Origin: Verrucomicrobiota bacterium | GTDB taxonomy: Bacteria > Verrucomicrobiota > Verrucomicrobiia > Opitutales > Opitutaceae | Direction of reading: 5' to 3' | DNA: 64,000 nt | Assembly: GCA_049322455.1 (NCBI GenBank) | Contig: JBMOQY010000038.1 | Coordinates: 768 to 64,767 of the forward strand | Part shown: piece by piece, positions 42,168 to 51,342 of the stretch | Layout: the number at the start of each line of letters is the position of its first letter | How positions within the stretch are numbered: position 1 is the first letter of the stretch | Notes under the pieces: model-generated | What the model saw: only the letters and a program-made list of their open reading frames with translations | Databases searched by the model: none | Told to the model about the DNA's origin: nothing | Position numbers and translations under genes: made by a program

Positions 42168-43685
42168 TCAGAGATCGAAACCGCAGTAGGAAAGGTTGAA
42201 GCTCTTGTTGCAGAGCGGAAAATCCGAGATCGCCTGCCCGCGCAGGGCCAGCGCCAGGCCGGTCCAGTTGTGGAACGACGGATCGGTGATCTTGTAGCGG
42301 CGGAAGCGTCCTGCGCCGTCCGTCAGCGCCACATGGCAGACCTCGCCGCGCCAGCCCTCGGTCAGCGCGACCGCCAGGGTGTCGGGCGCCGGCGCAGGCA
42401 ACTCTTCAAAAATCCCGCCTTCGGGCGCGGCCGCGAGCTGTTCGCGCAGGAACTGGCCGGAGCGCTGCACCTCGAGCCAGCGCACCCGCGCCCGGGCGAG
42501 CACATCTCCGCCCGACCACACCGCCACGGGCGCCTGGGCGAACCGGTGCCATCCCGCCGGGTGATCGTAGCGCACGTCGCGCACAAGTCCGCTGGCCCGC
42601 GCCGCCGGGCCGACGAGGCCGATCTCCGCCGCCTGTTGCGGAAAGACCGGGCCGGTGTTCTCGAAGCGCGCACGCACGCTGGCGGACTCCCACAGCCAGC
42701 CCGCCGCCTGTTCGACCTCGGCCAGGGCGGGACCGAGCCGCTCCAGCATCTGCGCGGCGCGCGCCGGCTCCAGGTCGTGACGGCAGCCGCCGGGCCGCAC
42801 CAGGCCGCGTCCGAAGCGGTTTCCGCACAACAGCGCCGTGAGGTTGAGAAAATCGCCGCGCGTCTTGCCGCAGGCCGCCGCGGTGGGCAGAAACGCCACG
42901 TCGTTGGCCAGCGCGCCCAGGTCGCCCGTGTGATTGGCCAGCCTCTCCAGCTCCAGGGCGATGGCGCGCAGCCACTGCGCCCGCAAGGGCGCCTCAGTGC
43001 CGGCCAGAGCCTCCAGCAACGAGGCATAGGCCGTGGCGTGTGCAATGGTCGTGTCGCCCGCGACCGTCTCGATCTGGCTGAGCGTCGAACGGTGCGGCCC
43101 GCCGCACAGCGCCGTCTCCACGCCGCGATGCTGGTAGCCGAGGGCGATTTCCAGGTGCAGCACCTCCTCGCCGGCGCATTGAAACCGGAAATGCCCGGGT
43201 TCGATGATGCCGGCGTGCACCGGTCCGACCGCGACCTCGTGCACCTCGCGCCCGTCCACGCGGAAAAACTCGCCGTTGGCCGGCGCCGCGAGGTCGCCGG
43301 TCCGGCGCACGGGTTTGAGCCAGGGGTGGCCCTGCGGCACCAGCCCGTGCTGCTCCCACACTTCGCGCTCGAACAGGTGGGCCTGGACCTGCCGCACGGT
43401 CAGCGAGGGATAGCAGTTGGCCACCGCAAAGGGCATGCTGCTCTCCGGTTCGACCACTGCGCTGCGTCCGACCGCAAGCGTGTTGTCGGCATCGTAAGCC
43501 AGCACGGCGACCAGGCGGACGCCCGCCCGCCCCTCCGGCACGCCAAACCAGGCGCACAGGCGCGCGCCGCCCTCCAGCTCGGTCGCGGTGGCCTCGACGA
43601 AGTCCGCCACCGGCCACACCGGCACCTTCGCCCAAGGCACCGCGGTGGCGTTGGCCAGCAGCAGGAAGGAGGCCGGCGTGCTCAT
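42168..43685 (-). CDS. HycE/HyfG-like (NuoC+NuoD fusion) large subunit lacking Ni-Fe cysteine ligands (Ehr-type)
   Basis: 505 aa from internal ATG MSTPASF. NuoC-like YPSLTVRQVQAHLFEREVWEQHG. Group-4 signature GPVHAGIIEPGHFRF. Cysteine motifs are replaced (see findings). Confidence 0.85.
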   Translation of the reverse strand: MSTPASFLLLANATAVPWAKVPVWPVADFVEATATELEGGARLCAWFGVPEGRAGVRLVAVLAYDADNTLAVGRSAVVEPESSMPFAVANCYPSLTVRQVQAHLFEREVWEQHGLVPQGHPWLKPVRRTGDLAAPANGEFFRVDGREVHEVAVGPVHAGIIEPGHFRFQCAGEEVLHLEIALGYQHRGVETALCGGPHRSTLSQIETVAGDTTIAHATAYASLLEALAGTEAPLRAQWLRAIALELERLANHTGDLGALANDVAFLPTAAACGKTRGDFLNLTALLCGNRFGRGLVRPGGCRHDLEPARAAQMLERLGPALAEVEQAAGWLWESASVRARFENTGPVFPQQAAEIGLVGPAARASGLVRDVRYDHPAGWHRFAQAPVAVWSGGDVLARARVRWLEVQRSGQFLREQLAAAPEGGIFEELPAPAPDTLAVALTEGWRGEVCHVALTDGAGRFRRYKITDPSFHNWTGLALALRGQAISDFPLCNKSFNLSYCGFDL

Positions 43686-45124
43686 GGGTGGGGATAAAGT
43701 TGCTGGACGGCCGCCGTCCAGGCCTCGCGCAGCACCTCCGGGGTGCTCACGCCCAGCCACAGCGAAAAGCCGAGCAGAACGAGCGGCGGCATGATCAGGC
43801 CAACCGTCTCCGGAAACCGTCGCGCCTCCACCCGGGCTGCCGCCCGCGGGCGTCCGTCCACGACGCCGAACACCACGCGGGTCAGGCCGAAGAAGGCGAA
43901 GACGAGGCAGCCGAGAAACACCGCGGCCGCGCCCCCGCGGCCGGTCGCAAAGGCCGCGCGCACAATGCCGAGCTCGCTGAAGAAGGGGCCGAACGGCGGC
44001 AGCGCCGTGACGACGAACATGCCGGTCACGAAGATCCCCGCCGACCAGGGCATGAGCGCGGACATGCCCCGAACCTCGTCGAGCGTGCGCGCCCCCGCGG
44101 CGCGGCGGATGTTGCCGGCGCTCAGGAAAAGCGCGCCCTTGGTCAGGCTGTTGCCCCAGACGTGGAACAGGGCCGCCCACGCGCCGGCGCCGCCCAACGC
44201 CGCCCCGAGCGCCAGGATGCCCATGTGCTCGACGCTGGAATACGCCAGCATCCGCTTGAAATCGCGCGTGCCGAGAAGGAACAGCGCCGCCACCAGCACC
44301 GAGAACAAACCGATCGCCAGCAGCGTGCGGTCGGCCGCGGCCGCCTCCCCGGCGGCATCGAGCACGGCACGCACGCGCAGGATGGCGGTGAACGCCACGG
44401 TGGTGACCCCGCCCGCCAGCACCGCGCCCACGATCCCCGGGGCCTCGCCGTAGGCGTCGGGCTTCCACGTGTGCATCGGCGCCAGGCCCATTTTGGTGCC
44501 GTAACCCGCCAGCAGCAGCACCCAGGCCGCCAGCACCCAGGGACGGGAGAGGTCCGGACCCTGCGCCATCAGCGCCACGAACGTCAGGTCCCCGGCGCCG
44601 CCACCCTGCAGCGACGCGTAACCGAGGCAGAACGAGCCCAGCAGCGACAGCGCGATGCCGGTGCCGCCGACGAGCAGGTATTTCCAGGTCGCCTCGTAGG
44701 CGCGCGCCGTGGCGTTGAAGTGCAGCAGCGGCACGGCCGCGAGCGTGACCGCCTCGGTGGCGATCCACAGCAGGCCGAGATGCCGCGCCTGGTGCCCGGC
44801 GCTCAACAGTCCCGGCACCACCAGCATCAGGGCCACGAACACGCGGTTGGGCCGCTCGGTCCGCAGCGTCAGGTAGGGCACCGCATAGGCGGCGCAGAGC
44901 AGGAACAGGAGCGACACCGCCGGCAGCAACGCCCGGGCCAGCGGATCAAAGGCCAGCCACGCGCCCGGATCCAGGGCCGGAGGAGCGAACAGCATCCACA
45001 GGCAAAGACCGGTGTGCAGCAGCCCCACGACCGGCAGCAACCAGGGCCGTGTCCGGTTGGACGGCCAGACGGCGGCGAGCAGCGCGCCCGCCAGGGGCAG
45101 GATGACGAGAAGCAGCTCTTTCAT
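43682..45124 (-). CDS. HyfF/NuoN-like antiporter-type membrane subunit
   Basis: 480 aa from internal ATG MKELLLVIL. GYGTKMGLAPMHTWKPDAYGEAP signature of NuoL/M/N-family proteins. Confidence 0.85.
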   Translation of the reverse strand: MKELLLVILPLAGALLAAVWPSNRTRPWLLPVVGLLHTGLCLWMLFAPPALDPGAWLAFDPLARALLPAVSLLFLLCAAYAVPYLTLRTERPNRVFVALMLVVPGLLSAGHQARHLGLLWIATEAVTLAAVPLLHFNATARAYEATWKYLLVGGTGIALSLLGSFCLGYASLQGGGAGDLTFVALMAQGPDLSRPWVLAAWVLLLAGYGTKMGLAPMHTWKPDAYGEAPGIVGAVLAGGVTTVAFTAILRVRAVLDAAGEAAAADRTLLAIGLFSVLVAALFLLGTRDFKRMLAYSSVEHMGILALGAALGGAGAWAALFHVWGNSLTKGALFLSAGNIRRAAGARTLDEVRGMSALMPWSAGIFVTGMFVVTALPPFGPFFSELGIVRAAFATGRGGAAAVFLGCLVFAFFGLTRVVFGVVDGRPRAAARVEARRFPETVGLIMPPLVLLGFSLWLGVSTPEVLREAWTAAVQQLYPHP

Positions 45125-45774
45125 TCGCGCAGCACGGTCAGTTTGCGGGTGTCCAGCGAGTCGAAGGCACGCTGGATGCGATCCACGATGATGCCGATGA
45201 CGAACACGCCCACGGTCAGGTCCAGCAGGATGCCGGCCTCGACCAGCAGCGGCGTGGATCCGATGAGCAGCAGGCCGAAGAGGTAGATGCCGTTTTCCAG
45301 GATCAGGTAACCGCAGACCTGCGAAATGGCCTTGGCGCGCCCGATCAGCAGGATGAACCCGGTCAGCACCGACGCGCCCGCGCCCGGCACCAGCAGCGAG
45401 CCGGTGTGCGCCGGCAGCAGCGGCAGGTTGCGCGCCAGGGCCACGGCGGCGATCGTCCCGCCCGCACCGAGCAGCAGCGACGGCACGAAGCCGATGAACG
45501 GCTCGACCTCGCGGTCGATGTGCGCGGTGCGCATCGCGCGACGCAGCAGAAGCGGGATGAGGAACCCCTTGCCTGCGACCGTGACCAGCGCCACCAGCCC
45601 GGCCAGCCATTCGAAATGCGATTCCAGCACGAGTGGCATGATGCCGAGCACCATGCCCTGCACCGACACGGTCTGGATCAGCGCGGGCAGCCGGCTGCTG
45701 CCCAGCGCGAGCAGGTTCAGGCCCATCGCGAGGCCGATCAGCAGGTTCAGCGTGCCGTAGTCGGCGTGATTCAT
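45121..45774 (-). CDS. HyfE-like small membrane subunit
   Basis: 217 aa polytopic (E. coli HyfE is of similar size, from memory). Position between the HycD-like and HyfF-like genes matches hyf order. Confidence 0.7.
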   Translation of the reverse strand: MNHADYGTLNLLIGLAMGLNLLALGSSRLPALIQTVSVQGMVLGIMPLVLESHFEWLAGLVALVTVAGKGFLIPLLLRRAMRTAHIDREVEPFIGFVPSLLLGAGGTIAAVALARNLPLLPAHTGSLLVPGAGASVLTGFILLIGRAKAISQVCGYLILENGIYLFGLLLIGSTPLLVEAGILLDLTVGVFVIGIIVDRIQRAFDSLDTRKLTVLRE

Positions 45775-46682
45775 GCCCCGCCTCCTTTCCACGCCACGAG
45801 CAGCGCGAACAGGCAGAGCAGGAACGCCGTCGTCAGCAGCAGCGGCACCTTCCGGAACGCCAGGCGGGCCATGAGCGACTCGACCAACCCCACCCCCACC
45901 GCGACCGCCAGCACCCCGCCCGCCAGCGCCCCCGCGCCCGCATACGGACCGAGGTCGCCCAGCGGCAGCACCGCCTCGGTGAGCAGCACGGCGAACAGCA
46001 GCAGCTTCATCGCCGCCCCGTGCAGGACGACCGCCAGCGGCGGCCCGCTGTGGTCGAGGACCATGACCTCGTGGATCATGGTCAGCTCGAGGTGGGTGTT
46101 CGGATCGTCGAAGGGCACGCGGCAGTTCTCCGCCAGCAGCACGGTGAAGAGCCCGGCCGCCAGCAGCACGCCGCCCGCGCCCACCGCCGGCGCGAGCATG
46201 GAGGACAGCGCGAGGCCGCCGCTCTGGACGGCCAGGGCCAGCACCGCGGCGATCAGCGCCGCCTCGGCCAGCACGGCATAGCTCACCTCGCGGGCCGCGC
46301 CCATGCCCTCGAAGGCCGAGCCGGTCTCCATCGCCGCCCAGGTCGTGGCGAATCGCGCGAGCGCGAGCAGATAAACCAGCAGGATCACATCGCCGCGAAA
46401 ACTGAACATTGCCCCGGCGGGCCCCAGCGGCAGCAGCATTGCCGCGCCCGTCACTGCCACCCAGGCCACCGCCGGCCCGGCCACAAAGCCCGGCGAAACC
46501 AGCGTGCTCAGCACCACGCCCTTCTGCCACAGCCGCGCCAGGTCGTAGTAGAGCTGCAGCACCGGCGGACCCCGCCGCCCCGCCACCCAGGCCTTCACGC
46601 GGTTGATCACACCGGGCAGCAGCGGCGCCAGGCACAGCCACAAGGCCAGCCGGCACAGAAAATCGAGGAACGTCAGGATCAT
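45771..46682 (-). CDS. HycD/HyfC/NuoH-like membrane subunit
   Basis: 303 aa. AENCRVPFDDPNTHLELTMIHEVMVLDHSG matches the NuoH/HycD E..R.PFD...E.EL conserved loop. Confidence 0.85.
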   Translation of the reverse strand: MILTFLDFLCRLALWLCLAPLLPGVINRVKAWVAGRRGPPVLQLYYDLARLWQKGVVLSTLVSPGFVAGPAVAWVAVTGAAMLLPLGPAGAMFSFRGDVILLVYLLALARFATTWAAMETGSAFEGMGAAREVSYAVLAEAALIAAVLALAVQSGGLALSSMLAPAVGAGGVLLAAGLFTVLLAENCRVPFDDPNTHLELTMIHEVMVLDHSGPPLAVVLHGAAMKLLLFAVLLTEAVLPLGDLGPYAGAGALAGGVLAVAVGVGLVESLMARLAFRKVPLLLTTAFLLCLFALLVAWKGGGA

Positions 46683-48634
46683 GACCGCCCTCCCATCAAC
46701 ACCAGTGCGCCGATCGCCGCAAGCCCGGCCACGATGTAGAGCACGTAGGCTTGCAGCCGGCCGTGCTGCAAGCGGCGCGCCGCCAGCGAAGCCTGCAGCA
46801 CGACGGCGCCCACGGGCCCGAGCACGCGCTCCAGCACCGTCTCGGGCACGCGCTCCACCCGCAGCGCGCTCTCCGGCAGCGGACCGCGCGGCCGGCGCAG
46901 CTTCAACTCAGGCCGCAAGATCCAGCCGAACCAGCCCGCGGCGATGCCGCCGAACGAACCTGCGGTGTATTGCATGCTCGCCGCCGGCGCCGCGTAACCG
47001 CAATCCCAGGTCGGGCCGCGACGCGCCCCGGCCCCGCGCACCCGGCGCCACAGCCAGCTCGCCGCGGCCACCGCCAGCAGGGCGAGCACGGGTTGGGCCA
47101 CGCTCAGTGCGCGCAACGATGCCGGCATGGACCGGCCCGCCCACGCGGGGTTCCATGCTTCCGCCGCCCGGGCCAACGCCGGCCAGAACAGCACCGGCGC
47201 AAGCCCCAGCACGATGCAGAGACCCGCCAGCACCAGCATCGGCGCGCGCATCCACGGACCGCATTCGTGCGCATGCTTCGCCGCCTTCGTTCGCGCCGCG
47301 CCCAGGAAAACCACCGTCCCGGCCTTGACGAATCCGGCCAGCGCCAGCGCCCCGGCCGAGACCAGCAACAGCACCGCGGGCAGTGCCGCCCACGCGGCCG
47401 GCCCGCGGCCGGCCACGGCTTCGAACAGCCCGAGATACACCAGCCACTCGCTGACAAAACCGTTCAAGGGCGGCAACCCGGCCACGGCGAGCGCGCCCAG
47501 CGTGAACAGCCCGGCCGTCCACGGCATCGGGCGCCACAATCCGCCGAGGCGGCTCATCTCCCGCGTGCCCGTGGCATGCAGCACCGAGCCGGCGCCCAGG
47601 AACAGCAGCGATTTGAACACCCCGTGGTTCCACACGTGCAGCAGCGCGCCAGTCAGCACCAACGGCCCCCAACCCGTCGCCGGACCGCCGGTGCGGGCGG
47701 CGAGCAACGCGCCGCCGAAGCCGGTGAGAATGATGCCGACGTTCTCCACCGTGCAGTAGGCCAGCAGCCGCTTGAGATCGTTCTGCGCCACGGCGAAGGC
47801 GATGCCCAGCAGCGCACCGGTCGCGCCCAGCCCCAGCACGACCCAGCCCGCCGCCTCCGGCACGGGCAGCCAGCCGCTGAAACGCAGCAGACCGTAGAGA
47901 CCCATTTTGACCGACACGCCCGACATGATCGCCGACACGTGGCTCGGGGCGTTGGCATGCGCCGAGGGCAGCCAGACATGCAGGGGAAACAGGCCGGCCT
48001 TCACGCCAAAGCCCGCCAGCACCACCCAGAACAACGGCTCCAGCTCGGTCCGCTCCCGCATCGGACCGAGATCCCAGCCGCCGGTGCGGGCCGCCAGCGC
48101 GGCGAAGAAGGCGAACAGGCAGGCCGTCCCCGCGTGCGACGCCGCGAGGTAGAGCCAGCCGGCCGCCCGCGCCTCGCGCTTGGCGTGGTCCAGCGTGACC
48201 AGAAAATACGCGCACACGGCGAACAGTTCCCATGCGATGAGAAAGTGCAGGCCGTTGGCGGACACCAGCACGCTGCCGAGGCTCAGTGCAAGGGCGCTCC
48301 ACCAGATCCGGTTGCGCGGCGCGGCATCCGGGTGGTGCCGGTCCGGCCAGTATTCGTGTGCATAGGCCGCACCCGCGGCGACCACGACGCCAAGCAGGGC
48401 GAGAAACCACGCGCTCAATCCGTCCAGCCGCAGATGCAGCGGCTCACCGTCAACCGCGAAGGCGCTCCGCCATTCCCAATCGGGCGCGCCACCCAGCACC
48501 TGCGCCGCCGCCGCCAGCGCCGCGACCGCGCTCCCCACGGCGCATCCCAGCCAGACCCGCGGCCAGCGCGGGCCGGCCATGACGCCCGCCGCCTGGCCCA
48601 GGGCTGCCACCAGCAGCAGCACGCCCGGGCTCAT
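46679..48634 (-). CDS. HyfB/HycC/NuoL-like antiporter-type membrane subunit (intact paralog)
   Basis: 651 aa from internal ATG MSPGVLL. GLFPLHVWLPSAHANAPSHVSAIMSGV signature and the C-terminal TWDCGYAAP...MQYTAGSF extension. Confidence 0.88.
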   Translation of the reverse strand: MSPGVLLLVAALGQAAGVMAGPRWPRVWLGCAVGSAVAALAAAAQVLGGAPDWEWRSAFAVDGEPLHLRLDGLSAWFLALLGVVVAAGAAYAHEYWPDRHHPDAAPRNRIWWSALALSLGSVLVSANGLHFLIAWELFAVCAYFLVTLDHAKREARAAGWLYLAASHAGTACLFAFFAALAARTGGWDLGPMRERTELEPLFWVVLAGFGVKAGLFPLHVWLPSAHANAPSHVSAIMSGVSVKMGLYGLLRFSGWLPVPEAAGWVVLGLGATGALLGIAFAVAQNDLKRLLAYCTVENVGIILTGFGGALLAARTGGPATGWGPLVLTGALLHVWNHGVFKSLLFLGAGSVLHATGTREMSRLGGLWRPMPWTAGLFTLGALAVAGLPPLNGFVSEWLVYLGLFEAVAGRGPAAWAALPAVLLLVSAGALALAGFVKAGTVVFLGAARTKAAKHAHECGPWMRAPMLVLAGLCIVLGLAPVLFWPALARAAEAWNPAWAGRSMPASLRALSVAQPVLALLAVAAASWLWRRVRGAGARRGPTWDCGYAAPAASMQYTAGSFGGIAAGWFGWILRPELKLRRPRGPLPESALRVERVPETVLERVLGPVGAVVLQASLAARRLQHGRLQAYVLYIVAGLAAIGALVLMGGRS

Positions 48635-49326
48635 GACCTGCCGCCTCCCGCCGCGGCCTCGTCGCAAGCCGCGGCCGCCAGGTAGATGTCGGCGTCCCCT
48701 GCCCCGGCGGAGATGGTTGCGCGCCAGTCTTCGCGCTTGAGCGCGCGGCTGAGACGCCCGAGCAGGTCGAGGTGCGCGCGGGGCGACGGCGCGATGAAGA
48801 ACAGCAGGCGCGTGACCGGCACACCGTCGAGCGGTTCGGCCTCGGGCAGCGCTTCGCGCAGCAGCAACAGCGCCAGTGTGCCGGAATCCCGCCCCAGCGC
48901 GATGCGCGTGCTCGGATGCGGCAGGGCAAAGCCATGCCCCACGGGCGCGAGCGTCACCCCGCCCTTGGCCGTGAGCCGCCGCGCCAGCATCTGCCGCACG
49001 GCGGGGGATGCGCCCGGCATCGCCGCGGCGATCTTGCCGAACACCGCGGGGATGTCCGCGGCGGGCACGTCGCGCCAGATGCCACCGGTGCGCAGCAGTT
49101 GCTCGAGGCGGATGTCCGTCGCGAAGGGCGCCCGCGTTTCGGGCGCCAGAAAGCCCGCCTGAGCGGCGAGCCCGCGCGCCGCCGCCCATTCCGCCACCTG
49201 CGCCCGGTCGAACAACGGCCGGCCGCGATCGAGGGTGTGCGGCAGGGCCTCGGTCCGCATCCAATCCTCGACGACTCTCTCCGAGACGCCGAAGGACTCC
49301 GCAATCTGCACCAGGTTCAGATACAT
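48631..49326 (-). CDS. Excisionase/MerR-type HTH domain fused to a PTS EIIA-2 (PtsN/EIIA-Ntr-like) domain
   Basis: N-terminal LNLVQIAESFGVSERVVEDWMRTEALP...FDRAQVAEW (HTH_17-like). C-terminal EIIA-2-like domain with phosphorylatable-His context LAPVGHGFALPHP. ATGA overlap with the downstream HyfB-like gene. Confidence 0.75.
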   Translation of the reverse strand: MYLNLVQIAESFGVSERVVEDWMRTEALPHTLDRGRPLFDRAQVAEWAAARGLAAQAGFLAPETRAPFATDIRLEQLLRTGGIWRDVPAADIPAVFGKIAAAMPGASPAVRQMLARRLTAKGGVTLAPVGHGFALPHPSTRIALGRDSGTLALLLLREALPEAEPLDGVPVTRLLFFIAPSPRAHLDLLGRLSRALKREDWRATISAGAGDADIYLAAAACDEAAAGGGRS

Positions 49327-49399
49327 GGCTGAAGTTTTTTTAGGCCGATGGAGCGGACACGTCACCTCAATTTTGTTGCCGGCTAGTCTTCATGGCTTG

Positions 49400-51342
49400 T
49401 CATGAGGCATCTCCGCCCAGGACCAGCAAGGCGAGGGCGGCGATGCCCAGCAGCAGATACAGCAGGTAGGATTGCAGCCGGCCGTGCTGCAGGTGGCGCG
49501 CCATCGCCGCCGCGCGCAGGACCGCCCCGGCCGCCGGTTCGACCACGTGCTCGAGCACGGTCTCCGGCGTGTGCTCCGTGAAGCTCGCCTGCGCGGGCAA
49601 CACCGCCGCCGGCCGCTGTTCATGGCGCACGGGCCGCAAAATCCAGGCGAACCACCCGGTGATGATGCTGGCAAAGGAGGCCGCGGTATATTGCATCCGC
49701 GGCGTGGGCGCCGCGTAGCCGCAGTCCCAGGTCACGGCACGGACCGGGCCGCCGCGGCGCACGCGGGACCACAGCCCCCACGCAGCCCCGCCCGCGCCGA
49801 GTGCCAGCGCGACGTGCAGCAGGCTGAGCGCGAACAGGGCGCGGCCGTGCCCGCCCAGGCCGGGCTCCACACGCCCACGGCGCGCGCCACGGCGGGCCAG
49901 AACAGCACCGGGGCGAGACCGATCGCCACGCAGAACGCCGCGAGCAGCACCATGGCTCCGCGCATGGCGGGCCCGCTCTCGTGCGCGTGCGCCGCCTCCG
50001 CGGAACGCGGGGCGCCCAGGAAGACCACGCCGCACACTTTCGCGAAGCAGGCCAGGGCCAAGGCCCCCGTCAGGGCCAGCAGGATCGCGGCCGCAATCGC
50101 CGCCCACGCCGCCGCGCCGGACGCAAGCACGGCGTCGAAAAGACCGAGATACACCAGCCATTCGCTGACGAAACCGTTCAGCGGCGGAAGGCCGGCAATC
50201 GCCGACGCGCCGAGCGCGAACAGGGCGGCCGTCCACGGCATCAGGCGCCACAGGCCGCCGAGCCGGCTCATCTCGCGCGTGCCGGTGGCATGGAGCACCG
50301 AACCGGCGCCGAGGAACAGCAGCGCCTTGAACAGGCCGTGATTCCACACGTGCAGGAGTCCGCCGGCCAGCGCCAGCGCGCCCCACTCCGGCCGGCCTTG
50401 CTCCGCCGCCACGATGGCGAACCCGAGCCCGATGAGAATGATGCCGATGTTCTCGACGCTGTGGTAGGCCAGCAGCCGCTTCAGGTCGTGCTGCCCCAGC
50501 GCGAACGCCACGCCGAGCACGGCGCTCGCCACGCCCAGCGCCGCAATCATCCAGCCCGCGCCGCCGGGCAGCGGCATCCAGCCGCTGAAACGCACGAGCC
50601 CGTAGATGCCGAGCTTGATGGTCACGCCCGAAAGGATTGCGGAGACGTGGCTCGGGGCGTTGGCATGGGCGGAGGGCAGCCAGATGTGCAGGGGGAACAG
50701 GCCGGCCTTCAAACCGAAACCGAACAGCGCCAGCCAGAACAGGGGCGCGAGTTCAGGACGGCCGGGTAACGGGCCGAGTTCCCAGCCCCCGGTCTCCACC
50801 GCCAGCACGGTGAAGAAGGCAAACAGCGCGAGCACCGCCACATGCGACGCTCCGAGATAGAGCCAGCCCGCGGCCCGGATCTCGGCGCGCGTCCGGTCGA
50901 GTGTCACCAGAAAATAGGCGGCCAGCGTAAAAACCTCCCACGCGATGAGAAAGTGCAGTCCGTTGACCGTCACCAGCACGAGCCCGATGCTGGCGAGCAT
51001 CAGGCTCCACCACAGGCGCCCCACCCCGGCCGACCTCGGGTGCGCCGCATCGGTCCGGTATTCGCAGGCATACACGGTGGCGGCCCCGCCGACCACGCAC
51101 GTGAGGGCGAGAAACAACGCGCTGATCGCATCGAAGCGCAGGTGCACGGGTTCGCCGCCCACCCGGAAACCGGCAGACCAGTCCCACTCGCCCCCTCCCG
51201 TCAGCGTGCCGGCCGCCGCCACCAAAGCGGCCACGCAACCGAGCAGGGTTCCCGCCAGCCAGACCCGCGGCGCAGTCCGCCAGGAGAGGGCGCCCGAAAG
51301 CGTCCCGACCAAGGCGACCAGCAGCAGCGGACCCGGATTCAT
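49400..51342 (-). pseudogene. Second HyfB/NuoL-like antiporter-type subunit interrupted by one frameshift (pseudogene, sequencing error or recoding)
   Basis: Two track ORFs in different frames (49732..51342 and 49400..50386) together reproduce the full paralog architecture. The frame switches between ...VGVWSPAWAG and GRALFALSLLHVALAL... near 49846-49857. Total length is 1943 nt, one short of a multiple of 3. Confidence 0.75.

Noticed and set aside
41360-48634. Annotating the locus as a formate hydrogenlyase / hydrogenase-4 (Hyf) [NiFe]-hydrogenase.
   Set aside because: Gene order mimics hyfB-C-E-F-G-H/I. However, the large subunit has no CxxC ligand pairs and no cleavable C-terminal peptide. 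No fdhF, hyfA/hycB, hycI or hyp genes are present in the window.
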